In this document: one piece after another, positions 27,160 to 34,404 of the stretch
Layout of the letters: the number at the start of each line of letters is the position of its first letter
Numbering within the stretch: position 1 is the stretch's first letter
Assembly (NCBI GenBank): GCA_012719345.1
Contig: JAAYAN010000190.1
Coordinates: forward strand, 10 to 64,009
Direction of reading: 5' to 3'
Length of the DNA: 64,000 bases
Source: Ignavibacteria bacterium
GTDB taxonomy: Bacteria; Bacteroidota; Ignavibacteria; Ignavibacteriales; Melioribacteraceae
Translations under genes and position numbers: made by a program
Notes under the pieces: model-generated
Seen by the model: the letters and a program-made list of their open reading frames with translations, nothing else
The model's database searches: none
Told to the model about the DNA's origin: nothing

Positions 27160-29372
27160 TAGTTTTAGCCGGGGATAACCTGAAAAAACCTGAAATGTAT
27201 AATAAAACGCTTGAAAATGTACTTTATAGCATTAGGACAAGTAAAACCCTTGCCGATAAAATTAAACGTCTCAGGGAACTTACAGAAAGCGAAAAACAAG
27301 ACTTTAAGCGGAATAATCTGGAATATTTCACGCTGGCAAAATTCAAAGATGACTACTGCAATAATGATAATTTTATTGAATCGGAATTCTTTGTTTTTGA
27401 TTTGGATAAAATACCTGCGGATATGTTTGAAATTATCAGGAGCAAAGTAAGAAGCTATGAAGGAACATATATTTCCTTTATCAGTCCTTCGGGCAATGGG
27501 ATTAAAGCTATTTGCAGACTTGCCGGAAAAATCACAGCCTTAAACACCTATAAATCAATTTACAGGCACTATCTTAAAGAACTTGAATCAGTGTTCGGGT
27601 ATCCATTAGACGGCGCAACAATAGACCCTGCAAGACGTACATTATTAAGCTATGACCCGGATTTATATCTGAATGAAAATTCTATTCCTCTTGAACTTAT
27701 CGAAGTAAAGCAGGATGTAAAGCAAGCGACTGCCGATAAGGATGAACTTGATACAATAGAACTTAAAGGAGTGATTCAAGGACAAAGACAATCGGCACTA
27801 ATTAAACTTATCGGCAGATACATTGGAAGGCATATTGATTTAAGAACAACTAAAAGTTTATTGTTATTATGGAATAAGTTGAACCGTCCACCACTGCCAG
27901 AAGATGAACTGATAAAAACGATTGAAGATTCTTTTAAGAAATGGTATGATAACAGTAATCAGGTCTTATCTTCAATCCCGGAAACTCCACAATCATTCGC
28001 AACGGTTTTAGAATCTCAATACAGGAAAAAAGTAAAATATAACCATACCAGTAATAAATGGATGTTATGGAATGAAAAGACATGGCAGCCTGATGAATTA
28101 AAAGAAATTTACGGTTACTTGAGGGGGATTATATTTGCAATCAGAGGGCATATTTTAAGCGCAAACTTAACCCCGGACGATTTGAAGAAATGGGAAAGGT
28201 TATTAAAAAATTATGAGAGACCGGAAACAAAAGAAGCCATTCTTAAAGAAGCATCGAGCTTGCCGGAACTTGCAACAGAAACCGAAGATTACGACAATCA
28301 GGATAATCTTTTTAATGTTTCCAATGGTACAATTGAGCTAAACAAAGACGGGTTTAATTTCAGGGAACAGAGGCAGGGCGATTATTTAACTAAGATTGTT
28401 GAAGTCGAATATAACCCGGATGCAACAGCCGAAAAATGGGATGAATTTTTAAAAGTTATATTTAATAATGATTCTGATTTAATCCGGTTTATTCAAAAAT
28501 GTATCGGTTATAGTTTAAGCACTTCCACAGATGAAAATTGTTTCTTTTTCATTTATGGACTTGGCAAAAACGGAAAGAGTACATTTATAGAAATCATTGA
28601 AAAGATATTCGGTGACTATTTCTTAAAAGCTTCTGCAAGTGTAATAATGAGACGTGAAAAGGAAGGAATCCCGAACGATATTGCAAGGCTGAAGGGAAGC
28701 AGATTTGTTTCCTGTTCGGAAATTGATGAAGGAAAGGCACTGAATGAAAGCACAATAAAAGACTTAACAGGCGGAGACCGTATAACAGCAAGGTACTTGC
28801 ATCAGGAATACTTTGAATTTTATCCGCAATTCAAGTTATGGATATACGGAAACCATAAACCACGTATTACAGGAACAGACGAAGGAATTAAAAGACGTGT
28901 CCGGCTGATACCTTTTGAAAATACTATTCCGGAAACAATCAGGAAACCAAAAGAAATAATAATGGAAGAAATGAAAGCAGAACTTTCCGGCATACTTAAT
29001 TGGGCGTTGGAAGGTTATGTATTATGGAGATGTGAAGGACTGAAAACCTGTTCAAAAGTTACCAATGCAACAAACGAATATTTTAACGAACAGGATATTT
29101 TACAAAATTTTATCGATGAATATTGCGAAATAAATCCATTTGCTGAAATAAAAAGTTCCGAAATATACGACCTGTTCAAAACATATCTTCACGCAAACGG
29201 AGAGAGAGAAATAAGTCAAAAGATGTTTACAGGCAGATTAAAATCAAAGGGATTTGATACCGAAAGGACAAGAACCGGGATGTATTGGAAGGGTATCGGA
29301 TTAAATCAGGATTCAAAAGAAGAAATTTCCGGGGAATACAGCTTTATCCCGGAAAAATTAGAGGAAATATAA
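27156..29372 (+). CDS. Primase-polymerase / PriCT domain fused to a D5-N and P4-family SF3 helicase (phage/plasmid primase)
   Basis: The PriCT-like segment is GQRQSALIKLIGRYIG..LLLWNKLNRPPLPEDELIKTIEDS. Walker A is YGLGKNGKSTF. The P4-family C-terminal block is KDLTGGDRITARYLHQEYFEFYPQFKLWIYGNHKPRI..GIKRRVRLIPFE. Confidence 0.85.
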   Translation: MIVLAGDNLKKPEMYNKTLENVLYSIRTSKTLADKIKRLRELTESEKQDFKRNNLEYFTLAKFKDDYCNNDNFIESEFFVFDLDKIPADMFEIIRSKVRSYEGTYISFISPSGNGIKAICRLAGKITALNTYKSIYRHYLKELESVFGYPLDGATIDPARRTLLSYDPDLYLNENSIPLELIEVKQDVKQATADKDELDTIELKGVIQGQRQSALIKLIGRYIGRHIDLRTTKSLLLLWNKLNRPPLPEDELIKTIEDSFKKWYDNSNQVLSSIPETPQSFATVLESQYRKKVKYNHTSNKWMLWNEKTWQPDELKEIYGYLRGIIFAIRGHILSANLTPDDLKKWERLLKNYERPETKEAILKEASSLPELATETEDYDNQDNLFNVSNGTIELNKDGFNFREQRQGDYLTKIVEVEYNPDATAEKWDEFLKVIFNNDSDLIRFIQKCIGYSLSTSTDENCFFFIYGLGKNGKSTFIEIIEKIFGDYFLKASASVIMRREKEGIPNDIARLKGSRFVSCSEIDEGKALNESTIKDLTGGDRITARYLHQEYFEFYPQFKLWIYGNHKPRITGTDEGIKRRVRLIPFENTIPETIRKPKEIIMEEMKAELSGILNWALEGYVLWRCEGLKTCSKVTNATNEYFNEQDILQNFIDEYCEINPFAEIKSSEIYDLFKTYLHANGEREISQKMFTGRLKSKGFDTERTRTGMYWKGIGLNQDSKEEISGEYSFIPEKLEEI

Positions 29373-29465
29373 AAAGTGTGTAGCATTGTGAAGGATGTAA
29401 GGATTTATGCAGGTTTTTTCGTTTTGGGAAAAAATATAAATACGTATAGGAAAAAAGGGGAAAAA

Positions 29466-29490
29466 CCCTTCAACCCTTCACAACCCTTCA
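29466..29490 (+). repeat. Three direct CCCTTCA repeats (iteron-like)
   Basis: cccttca occurs at 29466, 29474 and 29484. An inverted partial copy gtgaagg is at 29388-29394, and a ccaatattgg palindrome is at 29511-29520. Confidence 0.6.
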
Positions 29491-29547
29491 CGGAAAAGAA
29501 AATTTAACTGCCAATATTGGCAAAATAATAATAAAGGAGTAACAAAA

Positions 29548-29727
29548 ATGGAAACAAAAACTAAACGACTTACACCTGTTAAAGCAATTCGGGCTTACTG
29601 CTTAGAATGTTCCTGCGGAGTACCGAGCGAAGTAAAACTTTGTGTAATCCCGGATTGTCCTCTGTATCCGTACAGATTAGGGAAAAATGATGCACGCAAG
29701 CGGAAAAAAGAACTGTCTGAAAAATAG
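29548..29727 (+). CDS. Small Cys-rich (zinc-binding-like) protein, 59 aa
   Basis: Hand translation gives METKTKRLTPVKAIRAYCLECSCGVPSEVKLCVIPDCPLYPYRLGKNDARKRKKELSEK*. The RBS is aaaGGAGtaacaaaaATG. It is below the ORF-track size cut-off. Confidence 0.6.
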   Translation: METKTKRLTPVKAIRAYCLECSCGVPSEVKLCVIPDCPLYPYRLGKNDARKRKKELSEK

Positions 29728-30045
29728 CTTGTAGAAAGCATATTTTTAATTTCTGTTTCCGGTAAACATAAAACTATAAGCCGGCTTAGTTTTATGAAAA
29801 ATCTTTTGTTGAAACAGCAAATTTGAGAAAATAAGATATATTTCAGGGCATACTGCTTCTGTGATAGCAATCAATAATTAAACATTCACTAATATTTTTA
29901 TAATATCTATCTATAATTTTTATTATGTTAAAACTTTAAATGAATACTTGAAAAAAAAGGGCTTTATGTATACTTATCCAATAATTTCTAAAAATGAAAA
30001 TTATTATCAGATAATATTTACTATAATAACAAGGAAGAGAATACA

Positions 30046-30822
30046 ATGCTAATAATTATTTATGTAGTGCTAATATATTCTGTAATTTTCACTATTAAAC
30101 ATCACTTTGAACATTATAATCCGCATCGTAAGGTAAAGGGTGTAGATGATTTAACTAAACTTTTTCAACGTAGTTACTGGAGTTTTAAAACAAATAGACT
30201 TTTAATTTCAGTTGTCATCTCGTTTATTTTTACTTACTGTGTTTATTGTTCTTTTATAGTGCTCTATAACGTTGAAAATTATATACTAAACCTTCCTTCT
30301 GGTGAAGGTAAACATATACTCGACGCAATAAATTATGCCTACTCAATATGGTGGAATTTGGTTTTTGCTATTGGGCTTTGGATTGTATCAGCGTTCTATG
30401 TGGGCAAATCTGCTGCATTCAAATCAAATCAAAGAGAAAAAAATTTTTCTGGTGTGCCCGGACTTGATTTTGGGAAAGAGGAAACTATATTGCAGGAAGT
30501 TAGCAATTTTACAAATAATGATATATCTATTTATCCGCGAATAAGCGTAATCAGGGATAAAGAATTAAAGGGAATGAGTTATAACTTTAGTATTTTTGAT
30601 TGCGATATGATTTTTGATTCAAGTGATTATGAAATTATAAATAAAACACTGAAAAGTGCGGGTGAAACATTTAATAAAAATAGCTTTTTTTTGTTGAATG
30701 GGGTAAGATATAAAACCACAGAAGTCAGCATCAAATATTTACCATATTTCAGGGAAGGCGGTAATGCGGGGGTAACTATACCTTATAATATTCATTTATT
30801 TGTATTTTGTATAGATGCTTAA
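30046..30822 (+). CDS. Hypothetical membrane protein (3 predicted N-terminal TM segments plus a ~130 aa C-terminal soluble domain)
   Basis: Hydrophobic segments are LIIIYVVLIYSVIFTI, LLISVVISFIFTYCVYCSFIVLY and WWNLVFAIGLWIVSAFYV. The RBS is aaGGAAGAG. No family was recognised. Confidence 0.6.
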   Translation: MLIIIYVVLIYSVIFTIKHHFEHYNPHRKVKGVDDLTKLFQRSYWSFKTNRLLISVVISFIFTYCVYCSFIVLYNVENYILNLPSGEGKHILDAINYAYSIWWNLVFAIGLWIVSAFYVGKSAAFKSNQREKNFSGVPGLDFGKEETILQEVSNFTNNDISIYPRISVIRDKELKGMSYNFSIFDCDMIFDSSDYEIINKTLKSAGETFNKNSFFLLNGVRYKTTEVSIKYLPYFREGGNAGVTIPYNIHLFVFCIDA

Positions 30823-31199
30823 TCAATAACTTTCTAATGTGGTTCTAAATTTTCATTTATACTTACTAACACTAATTTGTTGTTTTCAGGTGTTGAAGCA
30901 TCCTCTTCTAGTAATATTCGCACACAATAAGGCTAACCCATTGTTTTATAAGTATTTAGCTATTTTCTTACTAAGTCCTACACTTCTTACTTAACTTATT
31001 GTAATATAACAACTTAACAATTTTTACTAAGTCCCCCGATTCATAGATAAAATCAAGTAAAACAATAACTTAGCTAATACAATATTCTAAAATATTTAAA
31101 TAAATTATTTTGTATTGGGACTGAGCTTTACAGCAACAACTCCCACCCCTTGCTTTTAGGTGTGTCGGGGTCACTTTTAGTTGAAAATTATTTAATCGG

Positions 31200-32129
31200 T
31201 TATCTACAAACAACTCGTAACCCCACTACATTGCCGACGCTTCCGGGCAGATAAGCATTTCTAGAAAAAACGAAACATTTTATTTGTTTAAAATACCATC
31301 CTCCACCTCGATTTATACGCCCCAAATAATTTGGTTCTGGTTTCCCGCCTTTTGGGTTTGTTTCGTTACTATTTGGGTATGATGAATACCAATCCCAGCA
31401 CCATTCCCATACATTTCCAGTCATATCATAAAGTCCAAGTTCATTTGGCTTTTTTAACCCAACATTATGTGTGCTTCCACTATCAGAAGGTTCTTCACGC
31501 CAACCAACAGAATCTGAACTATTACTTCCACTATAACGGAAATTCTTACTGAGTTTTCCACCTCTGGCTAAATACTCCCATTCGGCTTCAGTCGGTAGTC
31601 GGTATCCATTTTTGTTTAAATCGCAAATAACAGAATCCCACTTTGCTTCATTATATTTTCCAGTGAGGCTTCCCCATAATTTAGGGTTTTCAATGCCATT
31701 AATTGAATAGCACGGGTCTTTCCCTTGAGTAATGCTCAATAGATTGCAAAACCGAATTGCTTCATACCAGCTTATCATCTCAACAGGTCTTTGGTCACCA
31801 AGAAATTTACTTTTATTATATCCTGTAATTTTCTGCCATTCATATTGAGTTATCTCATATTTACTCACCGATATATCTGATATAGTAACAGTTCTTGTAG
31901 GTAACGTGTTGTTATTGTAATAGCCATTATAAAAATTATCTCCCATCACAAACTTCCCGCCTTCTGCAAATATCATCTCAAGATTAATATTTTCACTTAC
32001 ATAGCTTGCATCATAGTGGTCTTCATATTGTGTTTCAGGCTCTTTATTTTCAGTTATATTGTCGTCTTTACTACAAGCAGTAATTATTAACAATGTAATT
32101 ACTAAAGTATAAGAAAAAATTAGTTTCAT
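31200..32129 (-). CDS. FGE-sulfatase (SUMF1/DUF323) domain lipoprotein
   Basis: The lipobox is LLIITAC-S. SUMF1 motifs are SKYEITQYEWQ, PVEMISWYEAIRFCN, YRLPTEAEWEYLARGG, GLYDMTGNVWEWCWDWY and RGGGW. Confidence 0.85.
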   Translation of the reverse strand: MKLIFSYTLVITLLIITACSKDDNITENKEPETQYEDHYDASYVSENINLEMIFAEGGKFVMGDNFYNGYYNNNTLPTRTVTISDISVSKYEITQYEWQKITGYNKSKFLGDQRPVEMISWYEAIRFCNLLSITQGKDPCYSINGIENPKLWGSLTGKYNEAKWDSVICDLNKNGYRLPTEAEWEYLARGGKLSKNFRYSGSNSSDSVGWREEPSDSGSTHNVGLKKPNELGLYDMTGNVWEWCWDWYSSYPNSNETNPKGGKPEPNYLGRINRGGGWYFKQIKCFVFSRNAYLPGSVGNVVGLRVVCR

Positions 32130-32254
32130 TTTTTGCCACCTCTTTAAATGTTTGTAATATAAATGAACGTATTATTAATCTAATAATATTTAATACAATT
32201 TTCAGAAAATATAAGTTGCCTATTGTCTCCATTCTGCTTATATTTCCTTTCACG

Positions 32255-32458
32255 ATGCAGATAATTATTAAAAACATAGAACTTGATAAAATTAAAGCCG
32301 TTGCCAATTTTGCTAAAGAAATGGGTATTGAGCGGAAATATACTTACAGGTTATTGAATGAAGATGTTTTAGACTGGATACTGATTGACGGAGTAAAATT
32401 TATATATTTATCCGAAAAAAGTTTAAGCTACACAAAGAGAAAATACATAAAACAATAA
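32255..32458 (+). CDS. Small HTH-like protein, candidate excisionase/regulator
   Basis: Starts at the internal ATG giving MQIIIKN. The AKEMGIERKYTYRLLNEDVLDWILIDGVKFI pattern resembles Xis/AlpA-type HTH proteins. It is located at the att-proximal end opposite int. Confidence 0.4.
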   Translation: MQIIIKNIELDKIKAVANFAKEMGIERKYTYRLLNEDVLDWILIDGVKFIYLSEKSLSYTKRKYIKQ

Positions 32459-32615
32459 TAAAAACAGCTTAACACCACAATGAAAAATAAGTTTAATTTA
32501 GAGAAACCTGAATCAGTTTTAGGGAGTGGTGTCCCTGCTGTCTGATTTGGGTTTTTCTGTTTACAACGTTCTTTAATTAGTGAAATAATCATAAAAATAA
32601 CCACTTTTCGGGGAA

Positions 32616-32714
32616 TTGATTACTAATTTTTACTGATTCTAATTCCATAATTCGGGATTAGTCCGGTAAAATAAGGCTGAAACCCTGTTTTAAGTGATTA
32701 CAAAATTGATTACT
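32616..32714 (+). promoter_or_regulatory. TTGATTACT repeats (candidate integrase arm-type sites, right end)
   Basis: ttgattact occurs at 32616-32624 and 32706-32714, with a related gtgattaca at 32695-32703. All are in the same orientation as the left-end copies. Confidence 0.4.
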
Positions 32715-32780
32715 AATACACTTTTTTATTGGCTGAAATAGCTCTATTTGGTTGTTTGGAAGGATTGAACAACAAACCGC

Positions 32781-32881
32781 TTTAAAATTAAAAAAGCCCT
32801 GAAAAACAGGGCTTTTTTGCGGAGAGGGCGGGATTCGAACCCGCGGTAGAGTTTACCCCTACGACGGTTTAGCAAACCGTT
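32781..32881. repeat. Direct repeat, right copy (att site within the intact tRNA-Ser)
   Basis: This 101 nt segment matches 24415-24515 with 2 mismatches. Confidence 0.85.
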
Positions 32882-32907
32882 GGTTTCAGCCACTCACCCA
32901 CCTCTCC
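32820..32907 (-). tRNA. tRNA-Ser (anticodon GCU)
   Basis: Hand-folded from the reverse complement. Acceptor is GGAGAGG/CCTCTCC. Anticodon stem is ACGGT/ACCGT with loop TTGCTAA. It has a long variable arm (GTAG..CTAC) and a T-arm GCGGG-TTCGAAT-CCCGC. Confidence 0.9.
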
Positions 32908-33069
32908 GGGTATTCAGCTGAAAATCAGATTCCAAATATAATAAACTTTCCATCAGATAAAAAATAATTTAACAGAAATTGCATCAATAAAATTTATCGG
33001 TTGATAAAGAAAGCAAACTTAATTAAGTTTACACCAATAATTATGAATTATTAATTACTAATTATAATT

Positions 33070-33142
<73 letters not shown>

Positions 33143-33150
33143 CAAAAAAA

Positions 33151-33180
33151 ACAGCAGATTAATTCTGCTGTTTTTATTTT
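33151..33180 (+). terminator. Intrinsic terminator after tRNA-Ala
   Basis: ACAGCAGA-ttaat-TCTGCTGT followed by TTTTTATTTT. Confidence 0.8.
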
Positions 33181-33301
33181 TACATAATGTTGATAATTTG
33201 TCGGGTTTTTTTAATTAAAATTGTAATATATAATTATCACTGATAATTAAACCTTATTTCACTATTTTTTGTTATAATTAAATAATAAATCGGAATACAA
33301 A

Positions 33302-34381
33302 ATGGCATTAAGCGAAAAAACTAAAAAAACACTTATATGGACTGTAGTAATTATCATTCTGGCAATTCTTATAATACCAAAAATAATACAGTCAGTTATA
33401 TCAGTAAGCGGCGAACCCGGAATACGTATGAAAATGAATGTTCCTGCTGTTGATGTAAAAATTATGACGGGCAGCAAATTAGAAAATAATGTATTCTCTA
33501 ACGGAACTTTATTAAGCAATGAAGAAGTAGAGCTTAAAAGTGAAATATCCGGAAAGATTATAGCGATTAATTTTGAAGAGGGGTCGTTTGTAAAAAAAGG
33601 TCAGATACTTGTTAAGATTAACGATGCAGAACTTCAGGCAACACTGAAAAAAAATAAAGCACGCTTGACCCTTGCTGCAGATAAAGAATTTAGATATAAG
33701 CAATTATTAGAGAAAAATCTTACAAGCCAATCGGAATATGATATTGCAAATGAAGAATTGAATTCTGTGAAAGCGGATGTAGAATATACTGAAGCTATGA
33801 TAGCAAAGACAGAAATTCACGCTCCATTTGACGGTATTGTTGGGCTTCGTTCTGTAAGCCCCGGAAGTCTTATTTCTCCTGATAAAATTATTGCAAAACT
33901 TCAAAGCATTAATCCGATAAAGGTAGATTTCTCTTTGCCGCAAAAGTATTATGAAATTATGAAAGCAGGGAAGAAGATATCGGTAAAACTTTCGTCAACA
34001 GGAAAAGAATATATTGGAAAGGTGTATGCGGTTGAACCAAAAATTGAACAAGAAACCCGTACCATAAAAGCCAGAGCATATGTTCCTAACGAAAGACGCG
34101 AGCTTGCACCGGGAGCTTATGCAGAAGTTAATATCTTGTTAGAAGAATATCAAAAAACTTTGATGGTTCCTTCGGATGTTGTGTTTCCGGATATTTCAGG
34201 TGAAATGCTGTATGTTTACAAGAATGGAACAGCTGTGCAGCAAAAAGTTCATACAGGAATTCGAACGGAAAAAGACATTCAGATACTTTCAGGAATAAAA
34301 GAAGGTGATACAATTATAGTCTCTGGTATTATCCAGCTCCGGCCGGGTACGCCTGTAAAAATTAAAGAAATAAAAAAGTAA
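33302..34381 (+). CDS. RND efflux periplasmic adaptor (membrane fusion protein)
   Basis: It has an N-terminal TM, biotinyl-lipoyl-like hairpin motifs (SEISGKII..V.KGQILVKIND; APFDGIVG) and a coiled coil. It lies upstream of the RND pump. Confidence 0.85.
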   Translation: MALSEKTKKTLIWTVVIIILAILIIPKIIQSVISVSGEPGIRMKMNVPAVDVKIMTGSKLENNVFSNGTLLSNEEVELKSEISGKIIAINFEEGSFVKKGQILVKINDAELQATLKKNKARLTLAADKEFRYKQLLEKNLTSQSEYDIANEELNSVKADVEYTEAMIAKTEIHAPFDGIVGLRSVSPGSLISPDKIIAKLQSINPIKVDFSLPQKYYEIMKAGKKISVKLSSTGKEYIGKVYAVEPKIEQETRTIKARAYVPNERRELAPGAYAEVNILLEEYQKTLMVPSDVVFPDISGEMLYVYKNGTAVQQKVHTGIRTEKDIQILSGIKEGDTIIVSGIIQLRPGTPVKIKEIKK

Positions 34382-34404
34382 AAAAACAATAAAAGAATTT
34401 AATT

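Larger units (their letters stand above)
24415..32881. mobile_element. Integrative element (~8.4 kb) inserted in tRNA-Ser(GCU); satellite/cryptic-island-like
   Basis: It is bounded by 101-bp direct repeats that include a tRNA 3' segment. The tyrosine integrase is at the left end and an Xis-like HTH at the right end. It carries a P4/D5-type primase-helicase and has no capsid, tail or conjugation genes. Confidence 0.8.

Noticed and set aside
29595-29870. 91-aa minus-strand ORF in the element
   Set aside because: It overlaps a plus-strand 59-aa Cys-rich ORF that has a proper RBS and fits the gene orientation of the element. The minus-strand ORF has no supporting features.
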